From assembly GCA_017649605.1 (NCBI GenBank), contig JAGCGL010000060.1, forward strand, positions 15,459 through 79,458: DNA of 64,000 nucleotides. Reading direction: 5' to 3'. Made by a program: the position numbers and the translations under genes. A model generated the notes under the pieces. That model was given only the letters and a program-made list of their open reading frames with translations. It did not search any database and was not told the DNA's origin. This stretch comes from Spirochaetia bacterium (GTDB lineage: Bacteria > Spirochaetota > Spirochaetia > CADAEX01). This document shows positions 53,159-62,039 of the stretch, piece by piece; the first letter of the stretch is position 1; each line of letters begins with the position of its first letter.

Positions 53159-54388
53159 TTATTTATCCATAAGCTTTTTCAGAACGTTCTCGCATTCATC
53201 CATAAGCTGTGATTCCATTCCAATTTTAATTGTGGTTGCTGCCGCCACTCTATGGCATGCATCGGCAAATCCACCCAGATTCAATGTCGCCTCGGGCAGG
53301 AAAGCGTTAAGGCCGGGAATCTCCTCCTTGAGCACCCGCTCGGTCACAGGGATAGAGGTACGCATGGAGACCTTAGTCTCTCCCATATCCACCATGCCGA
53401 AACCAGGAACCTCGTCCGGAATCTGCTGATAGCCTGCAAGGTACTTATCCTTTGGCACCAATCCGCTGTCGGTGAGAGCCTCGCAGAAAAGGCCTATCAT
53501 CTTGACACCCATGGGCTTGAACCGGTCTTTCACATCAAACCAGACAATATGCTCGGTCTCGTGGAACTCCCCTTTCTTGATCCGCTCAAACTCCTGGTTG
53601 AACTTCTCTTCCTTCATGCTGCAGAACTTCTCGATAGTCTTCTTATCCGCCTCGTCTGTCCCATGGAGCAGCATCTTTATTCCAAGCTCCGGGCCGCCGC
53701 CGTAGAAGCCTACGCCGCCGATAATATCCATAAGGGTGTAGAGCTCGATAATCTCGTATTCACGGTCTGGGAGGGTGATGTAGAAGACATCCTTGCCATC
53801 CTTTTTCTCGATGCGCATAGTCCCCTGCTTCACAGCCTCTTCCACGCACTTCCAGTTCTCGCCATGAACCTGCCAGTCGATATAGAAGAAATCGGCTATA
53901 CCGCCCAGAGCGGCAATGTGGGCCATCTTCTTGTTGGCTGGATTCAGGCGGCATGCGAAGTACCAGCAGGTGACAGATGCCGATATATCCTTGTCTCCCT
54001 TGAGGCCGTAGAGGTCTGGATCCAGGTTGATGACAGAGTCTGATACTGATTTCTCTGCCTTGTGGTGGTCCAGAAGGATAACCAGGTTCCGGTCGCCGTT
54101 GAGCTTGCAGATAAGGGGTGCAATCTTTCCGGCAAAGTCGGCAAATACAATAAGCTTGCCTGAGTTTTCGGCAAACAGCTTCTCCAGCACCTTTGGATAG
54201 GGCTTTTCCAGAGAGAACCGCTGCACCTTGTAGCCTTCGTCCAGGAATGCCTTGTACAGCACAGAGCCTGAGGTAAGACCGTCGGTATCGTTATGATGGA
54301 GAAGAACTATCTCTTTTGATGGATAGCTCTTCATGCGGACTATTGCCTTGTCCACATCAGCAAAGTATGTTTCAAGTGTTGAGCTCAT
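53159..54388 (-). CDS. DHH-family phosphoesterase-like protein
   Basis: 409 aa. Motifs LLHHNDTDGLTSG and LLDHHK (DHH) are present. The C-terminal half is unassigned. Confidence 0.6.
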   Translation of the reverse strand: MSSTLETYFADVDKAIVRMKSYPSKEIVLLHHNDTDGLTSGSVLYKAFLDEGYKVQRFSLEKPYPKVLEKLFAENSGKLIVFADFAGKIAPLICKLNGDRNLVILLDHHKAEKSVSDSVINLDPDLYGLKGDKDISASVTCWYFACRLNPANKKMAHIAALGGIADFFYIDWQVHGENWKCVEEAVKQGTMRIEKKDGKDVFYITLPDREYEIIELYTLMDIIGGVGFYGGGPELGIKMLLHGTDEADKKTIEKFCSMKEEKFNQEFERIKKGEFHETEHIVWFDVKDRFKPMGVKMIGLFCEALTDSGLVPKDKYLAGYQQIPDEVPGFGMVDMGETKVSMRTSIPVTERVLKEEIPGLNAFLPEATLNLGGFADACHRVAAATTIKIGMESQLMDECENVLKKLMDK

Positions 54389-54405
54389 TTGTTTTTGCTT
54401 CCTTC

Positions 54406-55263
54406 TCAGTCTTCTTTCTTCTTCCTCGAGATAATCAGGTTAACCATAGCGCAGACAGATGTAGCAAAGATAAGCAGGAACGATATTGCGTTGATTACCG
54501 GTGTCGAACCATCACGCACACGGTTGAACAGTGCTATTGGCAGCGGGAATTCAGCTCCTACTAGGAACAGTGTGGTGTTGAAGTTCTCGAACGACAGCAG
54601 GAAAGAGAGTGCAAGTCCTCCGATAATGGATGGCCGCAGATACTTAAGGGTTATGTACCAGATCACCTGGAACCGGTTTGCACCTAAGTTGTATGCTGCA
54701 TCCTCCAATGTCCTGTCAAACTTCTTGAGCCGGGCAGAAACTACCATAGCCACATAGGTGGATATGAAGGAGAACTGTCCGAAAGCCACCAGCCAGAAAC
54801 TTGGCCGTATAAAGTCCAGCCGGATTCCGAAGTTGTTCTTGAAGAATTCGGCAACCGAAGTTGTGAATGACAGAATTGAGATACCCAGGATTACACCAGG
54901 AATAACGATAGGTGCAATCATCAGCAGGTACATAAGGTTCTTGAGCGGGAAGTTCTCCTGCTCGAAGAGGAACGCCGCACAGGTTCCCATAGCTGTTGAC
55001 ATAAGGGAAACTGCAATAGCCAGCCGGAACGATACACCGAAAGCCCTGAGGTTCAATGGGTCATGGAAGAAACCTGTCTTTTTACCTGTTCCGAAGAACC
55101 AGTCCAGGGTAAAGCCCTTCCATGGAAGGGTCGGAATCATAGAGTCGTTGAAAGCCAGGATACAGGTTATCAGAAGCGGTGCGAACAGGAACACAAAATA
55201 AAGCACGATAAATGTGTTGAAGGTGATGGTATAAAGCTTGGAATTAGGCAGTGAGCGTATCAT
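54406..55263 (-). CDS. potC: spermidine/putrescine-type ABC transporter permease
   Basis: 285 aa with 6 TM helices and an EAA-loop region (LEDAAYNLGANRF). Confidence 0.75.
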   Translation of the reverse strand: MIRSLPNSKLYTITFNTFIVLYFVFLFAPLLITCILAFNDSMIPTLPWKGFTLDWFFGTGKKTGFFHDPLNLRAFGVSFRLAIAVSLMSTAMGTCAAFLFEQENFPLKNLMYLLMIAPIVIPGVILGISILSFTTSVAEFFKNNFGIRLDFIRPSFWLVAFGQFSFISTYVAMVVSARLKKFDRTLEDAAYNLGANRFQVIWYITLKYLRPSIIGGLALSFLLSFENFNTTLFLVGAEFPLPIALFNRVRDGSTPVINAISFLLIFATSVCAMVNLIISRKKKED

Positions 55264-56126
55264 TTTACCACCTCCTTAAGGCTCTGTCCGGAGAGTTTGA
55301 GCGCTACCCAGATTATGATTGAGGACATAAAGAGCAGCAGGAATCCGAAGGCGGAACCCATGTTCCAGTTACGGTAAAGGATAAACTGGTTGTAGATCTG
55401 CTCGGTGAACCACATGGAGTTCTTTCCACCCATCAGGTTAGGTGTAAGGTAGCTTCCCAGGACCATCATGAACACAATGATACAGCCGGAGATAATACCA
55501 GGCATGCAGTGCGGGATGATGATCTGACGCCAGATAACATTTTTCTTGGCACCCAGGTCGTAGGCCGCCTCGATAAGCGAGTTGTCCAAGCTGTCCATAA
55601 CGCCGATAATAGGCACAACCATAAAGAGGATCGATGTATAGACCAGACCCATGATCATGGCCGCATCGTTATACAGCATCTCGATAGGCTGCTTCCATAT
55701 GCCATATTTGGTCATAAAGTGGTTTATGATACCGCTTTCCCTGAGGATGATTGTCCATCCGTATACTCTGATAAGCTCGCTTACCCAGAATGGAATAAGG
55801 ATAAGGATAGTCAGGAAGCCGCGGGTCTTGAAGCTTGCAACCTTGGTGATATAGAAGGCTACAGGAAGACCGATGATCAGAACAATCATTGTAACTGTGA
55901 TGGAATACATGGCTGTGCGGAAGAATGTGTTCCAATAGATAGGCTCTTTGAAGAACTCTATATAGTTGGACAAAGTGAATCCAGGCTGCTTAAGATAGGC
56001 TGGTCTTGCGAAGGACATCCGCAGAAGCTCTATATGCGGCAGCACTATAAGAAGCATCAGCCACAGGAATACCGGGATAAAGAATATAAAGAAGCCCCAG
56101 CTGAGCCTTTTAGATTTCGTCATCAT
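55260..56126 (-). CDS. potB: spermidine/putrescine-type ABC transporter permease
   Basis: 288 aa with an EAA loop (LIEAAYDLGAKK). It overlaps potC by 4 nt. Confidence 0.75.
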   Translation of the reverse strand: MMTKSKRLSWGFFIFFIPVFLWLMLLIVLPHIELLRMSFARPAYLKQPGFTLSNYIEFFKEPIYWNTFFRTAMYSITVTMIVLIIGLPVAFYITKVASFKTRGFLTILILIPFWVSELIRVYGWTIILRESGIINHFMTKYGIWKQPIEMLYNDAAMIMGLVYTSILFMVVPIIGVMDSLDNSLIEAAYDLGAKKNVIWRQIIIPHCMPGIISGCIIVFMMVLGSYLTPNLMGGKNSMWFTEQIYNQFILYRNWNMGSAFGFLLLFMSSIIIWVALKLSGQSLKEVVK

Positions 56127-57219
56127 ACATCTTCGCTCCTGTTTCCTTGAAACATACAGAAGAAGCTGGATCCCAGCCGATCATGATGTCATCGCCCTTC
56201 TTGATATAGTCGAACTGATGGTTCTGAGGCAGGGCAACAAGCACTTCCTGGCCGGTAGGTGTGACTACCAGAAGCCTTGAGTTTCCGCCGTCGAACAGCA
56301 CAGCCTTCACATGAACTCCGGTGCGGTTGAAGAATGTCTTGTCCTCGGCCGGGTTGATTATGATAGCCTCCGGACGGGTATACATTCCTACAATATCGCC
56401 CTCTCTGCAGTCCTTTATAGTGCTGATGGCATACTTAAGCTGGTTCTTGTCCTGCACATAGAACTTGCCGCTCTCGTCCTTGGCCAGGACGCCGGTAACC
56501 TTGTTGTTGTTTCCTACGAACATAGCAACAAAGGAGGATGCAGGGTTGTTGTACAGGTTGCTTGGGCTGTCGATCTGCTCGAAATGGCCGTTGTTCATGA
56601 CAGCCACATGGTCGCTCATAACCATAGCCTCGGACTGGTCATGGGTAATGTATACGAATGTGGTGCCTATCTCGGCCTGCAGCTTCTTAAGCTCAACCTT
56701 CATGTGCTCACGGAGCTTGAGGTCCAGGGCACCCAGCGGCTCGTCCAGAAGCAGTACAGCAGGCTCCAGAACCAGACAGCGGGCAATTGCCACACGCTGC
56801 TTCTGACCGCCAGAAAGCTGGTCGATGCGCTTGTCGGCATACTCAGGAAGACCTACTCTTTCCAGAATGTTATGCACTTTTTTCATAACCTCGGGTGTCT
56901 TCTCGCCACGGCGGCGGAGTCCAAAGGCTATATTCTCCTTGACATCCATCATAGGGAAAAGTGCAAGATGCTGAAAAACAAGGTTTACAGGCCGTTTGTT
57001 CGGTGGTACGTTTGCCATATTCTTTCCGCGGATCTCGATGGAACCTGCGGTAGGCTCGAAGAAGCCTGCGATCATTCTTAGAAGCGTTGTTTTTCCACAT
57101 CCAGAAGGTCCCAGAATAGAGAAGAACTTTCCATCCTCTACATCAAAGGACACATCATTCACTGCAGTAAAATCTCCATATTTCTTTACTACATTTTTTA
57201 CCGAAAGAGCAATTTCCAT
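56110..57219 (-). CDS. potA: spermidine/putrescine-type ABC transporter ATP-binding protein
   Basis: 369 aa. It has Walker A GPSGCGKTT, the signature LSGGQKQR, Walker B LLLDEP and a C-terminal TOBE-like domain. Confidence 0.85.
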   Translation of the reverse strand: MEIALSVKNVVKKYGDFTAVNDVSFDVEDGKFFSILGPSGCGKTTLLRMIAGFFEPTAGSIEIRGKNMANVPPNKRPVNLVFQHLALFPMMDVKENIAFGLRRRGEKTPEVMKKVHNILERVGLPEYADKRIDQLSGGQKQRVAIARCLVLEPAVLLLDEPLGALDLKLREHMKVELKKLQAEIGTTFVYITHDQSEAMVMSDHVAVMNNGHFEQIDSPSNLYNNPASSFVAMFVGNNNKVTGVLAKDESGKFYVQDKNQLKYAISTIKDCREGDIVGMYTRPEAIIINPAEDKTFFNRTGVHVKAVLFDGGNSRLLVVTPTGQEVLVALPQNHQFDYIKKGDDIMIGWDPASSVCFKETGAKMYDDEI

Positions 57220-57244
57220 ATTATACCTGCACTATTTTAAAGAT

Positions 57245-57278
57245 AAAAAAAGCAAAGCCGGCACTGGGCCAGCTTTGC
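57245..57278 (-). terminator. hairpin plus T-tract between potD and potA
   Basis: On the minus strand, GCAAAGC...GCTTTGC is followed by TTTTTTT. Confidence 0.6.
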
Positions 57279-57292
57279 CTAAGAATGAAAAC

Positions 57293-58399
57293 TTATTTTG
57301 CAGCTCTCATCTTGTCGAGAGTCTTTCCTTCCATTGACTCAAGGCCGTCTGGAACGGTTGGATACCAGTTCATGTTAGCCATAACTTCTGGTGTGAAACA
57401 TCTCTCGAAGTTTGCTTTTGCTTCTGGCTCATAGTACTTAACTGCGTCCTTTGATGCTGTACCATAACCCTCAGCGTTTGTGAACTCTGCAGCGTTCTTT
57501 GGCTCAAGAACGAAGTTGATCCACTTGTAAGCGCCGTCAACATTCTCTGACTTTGAAGGAATAGCAAATGTATCGATAAATGCCATTGATCCGCTCTTTG
57601 GTGCTACGTAGTCGATGTCTGGGTTCTCTTTGTAGAGCTTCCATGCTCCCTGCTCCCAGCCTTTTGCAATCCAGATCTCTTCTGACTGCATACCCTGCAG
57701 CAGCTGATCTCCGTTTTCCCAGTAATATTTAAGAACTTTCTTGCCTTCAATCAGCTTAGCTCCAACTGCATCAAGCATCTTCTGGTATTCTGCTGGCTTG
57801 TTGTAGAGATCCCATACGTCATAACCAAGAGCAAATCCCATAGCGCAGAGGATAGGTCTCTTGCATCTGTAGGAAACGTGTCCTGCATATGCTGGGTCCA
57901 GAAGGTCTGTGTAGTCCAGTTCTTTTGGATCTTTCTTAACATATTTCTTGTTTACAACAAGTCCGGATGTTCCGAATACGTGTGGAACAGCGTAGATCTT
58001 GCCTTCGTACTCTGTGAACTTCTTTGTGGAAGCAACCAGAGCTGGATCAAGCTGATCCTCGTTGATCTTTGAGTAGTCGATTGGCTGATAGATGCCGTTT
58101 GACTTTACAACAGATACAATTCTGTCCTGGGATGGCTGTGCCAGGTCGAATCCGCTTCCGCCGGTAGCGATCAGTTTGGAGATCATCTCCTCGTTGCTGG
58201 ATGGTGTAGCTTCAACCTTAATACCATACAGTCTCTCGAACTCGTCGATCTGTGACTGTGGAGCATATCCTGTCCATGTCAACATTCTAAGAACTTTGTT
58301 TCCTTCAGCTGCCTCTTTTTTACCGCCTGCAAATGCAACAGATGCACATACGAGGACAATAAGAAGAACAAGTAAAGCTTTTTTCATTTTTTCCTCCAT
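57293..58399 (-). CDS. potD: spermidine/putrescine-type ABC transporter substrate-binding protein
   Basis: 368 aa with a signal peptide and PotD/PotF-family similarity. Confidence 0.8.
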   Translation of the reverse strand: MEEKMKKALLVLLIVLVCASVAFAGGKKEAAEGNKVLRMLTWTGYAPQSQIDEFERLYGIKVEATPSSNEEMISKLIATGGSGFDLAQPSQDRIVSVVKSNGIYQPIDYSKINEDQLDPALVASTKKFTEYEGKIYAVPHVFGTSGLVVNKKYVKKDPKELDYTDLLDPAYAGHVSYRCKRPILCAMGFALGYDVWDLYNKPAEYQKMLDAVGAKLIEGKKVLKYYWENGDQLLQGMQSEEIWIAKGWEQGAWKLYKENPDIDYVAPKSGSMAFIDTFAIPSKSENVDGAYKWINFVLEPKNAAEFTNAEGYGTASKDAVKYYEPEAKANFERCFTPEVMANMNWYPTVPDGLESMEGKTLDKMRAAK

Positions 58400-58517
58400 T
58401 TAGATATATGTCCTTCTATTTTCCCCGATTTTTGTTGGTAAGTCAACCTTTTTTAACCCTTTATTTATATATATTTTTTATATTGATTATAACTTTAGTA
58501 ATGATTAAAATGTATTT

Positions 58518-59249
58518 ATGGAACGGTTTTCCAGGATTATTCAGGTTATAGGTGATGACTCTTTCCAGAGGCTCCAGAAATCACGGATAACTATATTTGG
58601 ACTGGGGGCTGTAGGGGCCTGGGCGGCCGAGATGCTGGCCCGGAGCGGAGTGGGGCATTTTACCCTGGTGGATTTCGACCAGATTGTCAAGACAAATATA
58701 AACAGGCATGTGTGTGCCGCAGAATCCACCATAGGAATTCCAAAGGTAGAAGCAGTCAAGGCCAGGATTCTGGATATAAACCCAAAAGCCGAGGTAAAGG
58801 CACTAAGGCTCTTTGCCGACTACACCAACCGTGACCAGATTCTGGACGAGAAACCCGATATTGTCATTGATGCCATTGATTCACTGGGGCCGAAGGCTTC
58901 GCTTCTGGAAGCTATCTACAACAAAGGGCTCCGGGTCATCTCCTCCATGGGGGCCGCCCTCAAGACCGACATTACAACTATCCGCACCGGCGACCTGTTC
59001 AAGACCACAGTCTGCCCTCTGGCCCGAAATCTGCGTAAATACTTACGCCGCCGTGGGATAGATCACGGCATCCTGTGCGTCTACTCCACCGAGCTGCCCG
59101 ATCCGGAAGCCCTTAAAGCCCCGGAGGAAGAGGCCGGTGATGAACGGTACCAGCGGGGCCGTGAGCGGAATATACTGGGGACATATCCTCCGGTTACTGC
59201 AGTGTTTGGAATAACTATCGCCGACCTGGCTGTAAAGATGCTTAAATAA
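58518..59249 (+). CDS. tcdA: ThiF-family tRNA threonylcarbamoyladenosine dehydratase
   Basis: 243 aa. It has the Rossmann motif ITIFGLGAVGAWAAEMLARSGVG and FTLVDFD. Confidence 0.8.
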   Translation: MERFSRIIQVIGDDSFQRLQKSRITIFGLGAVGAWAAEMLARSGVGHFTLVDFDQIVKTNINRHVCAAESTIGIPKVEAVKARILDINPKAEVKALRLFADYTNRDQILDEKPDIVIDAIDSLGPKASLLEAIYNKGLRVISSMGAALKTDITTIRTGDLFKTTVCPLARNLRKYLRRRGIDHGILCVYSTELPDPEALKAPEEEAGDERYQRGRERNILGTYPPVTAVFGITIADLAVKMLK

Positions 59250-59270
59250 AAAAACCTCCCGAAAGGGAGG
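59248..59270 (-). terminator. hairpin with a T-tract on the minus strand, at the left border of the mobile element
   Basis: CCTCCC-GAAA-GGGAGG is preceded on the plus strand by A7, which becomes a T7 tail for leftward transcripts. It may also stop tcdA. Confidence 0.6.
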
Positions 59271-59526
59271 CGTTAGGCCCTATAATTTAGGGCTTGTTAT
59301 CACTTGTCTTTAGTTGACTTTGTTCTTCTATATTCTATTATACTCCATTAGGGGGCTTTACGCAATATTTATTTTATTGTTTTTTGTGGTTTTTTATATT
59401 TTTGTTTTGTGTAGTTCTATTTTTGAATGAGTACAATTTTGAGTACAGGTAAACGGCCGCCTCTTATTAATCCCCCAGGGGGACACGTTAGTTAGTTTTA
59501 CTAACTAACTATTTTCCAGGTTTGGG

Positions 59527-59738
59527 GAAATATCGTTAATCCGATTTTTTGCAATTATCGATCTTTTGAATTTTCGATCATACCGATTTTTGCGTATTTT
59601 CGACAATTTGATTTTTGCGGAAAGTCGTTAATCCCGTTTTTTCTGAATTGTCGTTAATTCGGATTTTTGCGAAATGTCGTTAATCTGAAATTTTGCCGAT
59701 TGTCGATAATTTCACTTTTTGCGAAATGTCGTTAATTG
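59527..59738. repeat. tandem array of about nine imperfect 24-26-nt repeats, approximate consensus AAWTGTCGTTAATYNGRATTTTTGCG
   Basis: The units start at 59528, 59553 (truncated), 59571, 59595, 59620, 59646, 59672, 59698 and 59724 (partial). The last five are in exact 26-nt register, and the last one overlaps the TerS stop codon. Confidence 0.85.
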
Positions 59739-60181
59739 TTTATTTCAACATTAGGATCATTTTCAAGATCTTCTAATGTCATTGGGGTAAATACAATCCT
59801 TAGTGGTTCATCTTCTCCGTTGAGGATTTCCTCTTTATAAAGTCCGTGTATTCTTATAAGCATATCTAACGCCCTGGTTCTGGTGTAATTATCTCTTGCT
59901 TGTCCAGTCTTTTGGCCTTTATAAATTATATCACTATTGGCGGCCAACAGTTCATTAAGGCAAGAAAAAACCCTGTCCACATTAAGGTTGTAAAGATCCA
60001 TGCGGTCTTGGTCTGATAGCTTCTCCCTTGCCCTCTTGAAAAATTTATAGGCATTGGCGGCGGCGGTTGCCTGGCTTGCCCTCGGGTGTGTTTCTCTATA
60101 GGCTTCCACGTCTGTTTTACCAGCAAGGACAAGCCGCAAGGCTTCTCCCTCTATAGGTGTAAGTTTTTCTATATGCTCCAT
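59732..60181 (-). CDS. phage terminase small subunit-like protein (Terminase_2-type pattern)
   Basis: 149 aa. LTPIEGEALRLVLAGKTDVEAYRETHP...ATAAANAYKFFKR...VDRVFSCLNELL...RTRALDMLIRIHGLYKEE follows the TerS pattern as I remember it. No large terminase gene lies nearby. Confidence 0.55.
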   Translation of the reverse strand: MEHIEKLTPIEGEALRLVLAGKTDVEAYRETHPRASQATAAANAYKFFKRAREKLSDQDRMDLYNLNVDRVFSCLNELLAANSDIIYKGQKTGQARDNYTRTRALDMLIRIHGLYKEEILNGEDEPLRIVFTPMTLEDLENDPNVEINN

Positions 60182-60293
60182 AATTCAACCATACCTCACT
60201 TTATAAGAAAGTCATAAAGGAACATCAAAAAGCCTTGCGGCGTTGCTCTGTGCAATTCCTCGCCGCCCAGGGGCCAAAATCACTATAAAGGTA

Positions 60294-60704
60294 ATGGATA
60301 TTGGGAACAATCAAAAATTACTTAACTACCAGAATGAGTATTTAGCTACGGGTTCACAAAGTGCCTGGGCTTCCCTCTGGCTACTTTCTCTTGAAATCTG
60401 TAAAAATATCATCTGGGGAGAGATTAAAAGAAAAGGTATCTTTCTTTCTGAAATGGATTTTGAAGATAAGGTACATAATGCGGTGTTGTATGTATTGAGA
60501 AGATACAAGACACGGCCAGGGTATCGCATAGAAAAAGCATTTATAACGGCTCTTGCCATGGGCTGCAAACATTCTCTCTATTATCAAACAATGGAGAGCA
60601 AAATTTATAATGCTGCTATTCGTCTGGGAGATCCAAAGAATTCTTGGATTTCAACTGATAAGGTCATAGATATAAAAGATTTTGACTTCTCTCTTTATAA
60701 GTAA
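60294..60704 (+). CDS. hypothetical protein; the only plus-strand gene of the element
   Basis: 136 aa counted from ATG 60294 (the track ORF starts at TTG 60243). I recognise no family confidently. Confidence 0.45.
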   Translation: MDIGNNQKLLNYQNEYLATGSQSAWASLWLLSLEICKNIIWGEIKRKGIFLSEMDFEDKVHNAVLYVLRRYKTRPGYRIEKAFITALAMGCKHSLYYQTMESKIYNAAIRLGDPKNSWISTDKVIDIKDFDFSLYK

Positions 60705-60759
60705 ATAATAGGCTCTTTAGCATTACTTAGACAGAACAAAACATTAGCATTACAGTAAC

Positions 60760-60794
60760 TTGTCAAGGCAAAACCTTAACATTTGCCTTGACAA
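60760..60794. repeat. perfect 13-bp inverted repeat between convergent genes
   Basis: TTGTCAAGGCAAA-ACCTTAACA-TTTGCCTTGACAA. Confidence 0.8.
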
Positions 60795-60796
60795 TT

Positions 60797-60820
60797 ACAT
60801 ATACATATACATATACATAC
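60797..60820. repeat. hexanucleotide microsatellite (ACATAT)n, about 4 units
   Basis: ACATATACATATACATATACATAC read directly. Confidence 0.85.
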
Positions 60821-60849
60821 TAACCATTGTTAACGGGCGTTATCGGTTG

Positions 60850-61245
60850 TTATCGCTCGTCAGGCGGTATATATTGATACTTAGCCCCCTGTCTGTTTGC
60901 TCTTGCCTGTAGTCTTGCCGCCGCCCATTTTTTATAATTTATCATGGTGTCTTTTTTTACTTTTTGCCATAATTTATTTAATGGTCTGGCAGCTTCTCCA
61001 TAACTTGAAAAGTCTGGATCTTCAAAGTTTTCTTTATCGCTTGATCTGTCATAATCTCTTAGAGCAAAAAGGAGCTTTGCTACCCCTGGGCTTTCTCCTA
61101 TGAATTCTTCTAAAAGGTCGGTGTAGTCATGCCGTAATAGCATGGCTTCCTTGTCCTGGGCGTATGCAGCCAAAACCTCGCCAGGCACTTTTTCAATATC
61201 GATCTTTCCCGTTTCTCGGTCAAGCCACTCTCTCTGTATAATCAC
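60850..61245 (-). CDS. hypothetical protein
   Basis: 131-aa ORF with a 4-nt overlap to the upstream ORF. No family recognised. Confidence 0.5.
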   Translation of the reverse strand: MIIQREWLDRETGKIDIEKVPGEVLAAYAQDKEAMLLRHDYTDLLEEFIGESPGVAKLLFALRDYDRSSDKENFEDPDFSSYGEAARPLNKLWQKVKKDTMINYKKWAAARLQARANRQGAKYQYIPPDER

Positions 61246-61706
61246 AACATAGCCTCTATATCTTTCAACCAGCCCTTAAAGATTTCCTCTGCCCGTTTCT
61301 GTCTTTGATAGTAGAAAATAACATCTAGCAACATACAATCTTTAGACAACTGAACAAGTACAAGATAATTATTAGTATTCCCAAAACCCCTAAATTGGCC
61401 GTCTTTGCATTGAATTAAGGATAAACCCAGGAAACGCCGCTGGCGTTCAAAATCAAGAGAATATGGCATATCTGCAAGCCCTGTTTCCCTAAGGATTAAA
61501 TACTCTTGGCCCTTGTACTTGCCTTCTCGGTACTTGCTGGGAAAAGCTGGTACAGGTTTCCCCTCGTAACATTGCAAGATATAAACCCCTGTTTCCTCGA
61601 TATGTTTGAAATGGTAAATACTATCGGGCAAGTATGATTTTACTATTGCTTCCCCTGGCTGGGGTTCTCCTTTCATCTTGTTCATTAAATCATCAAGCCC
61701 CGCCAT
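61242..61706 (-). CDS. hypothetical protein
   Basis: 154-aa ORF coupled to its neighbours. No family recognised. Confidence 0.5.
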   Translation of the reverse strand: MAGLDDLMNKMKGEPQPGEAIVKSYLPDSIYHFKHIEETGVYILQCYEGKPVPAFPSKYREGKYKGQEYLILRETGLADMPYSLDFERQRRFLGLSLIQCKDGQFRGFGNTNNYLVLVQLSKDCMLLDVIFYYQRQKRAEEIFKGWLKDIEAML

Positions 61707-61863
61707 GCTCCCCCCTCTCTATTAACATATTTATAGGTTCTAGTAGTTCCTTTGCCCTGATAATAATTTCTTTAGGGGTCAAGGCGGCGTTGTCGCTTTC
61801 TTCAATCATCTTTTCCAGGTTGTGTTTTATCTCTTTTAGTTCGTCAAGGTCTGATTTTGTCAT
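61693..61863 (-). CDS. hypothetical small protein (56 aa)
   Basis: Not in the track. An ATGA overlap joins it to the Xis-like gene. Hand translation is MTKSDLDELKEIKHNLEKMIEESDNAALTPKEIIIRAKELLEPINMLIERGEHGGA. Confidence 0.4.
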   Translation of the reverse strand: MTKSDLDELKEIKHNLEKMIEESDNAALTPKEIIIRAKELLEPINMLIERGEHGGA

Positions 61864-62039
61864 GCCACTACCTCTCTTGAATTGCTCTTGATCCAGGCTT
61901 CAATATCCTCTTCTTTAAAGCGAATACGCCGCCCCACTTTCACACATGGCAACTTTCCAGCGTTGACATACTGGTACACAGTTGAAATCTTAACCTGTAA
62001 AGCTGCTGCAACTTCCCCTACTGATAACAATTTAATCAT
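61860..62039 (-). CDS. excisionase/AlpA-type helix-turn-helix DNA-binding protein
   Basis: Not in the track (59 aa). Hand translation is MIKLLSVGEVAAALQVKISTVYQYVNAGKLPCVKVGRRIRFKEEDIEAWIKSNSREVVA, which has the classic excisionase-family HTH pattern. SD AAGGGG lies upstream. Confidence 0.7.
   Translation of the reverse strand: MIKLLSVGEVAAALQVKISTVYQYVNAGKLPCVKVGRRIRFKEEDIEAWIKSNSREVVA

Noticed and set aside
59527-59738. The 26-nt repeat array read as a CRISPR array.
   Set aside because: The repeats are contiguous with no unique spacers, the units are degenerate, and there are no cas genes in the window. It is a tandem binding-site or iteron-like array instead.
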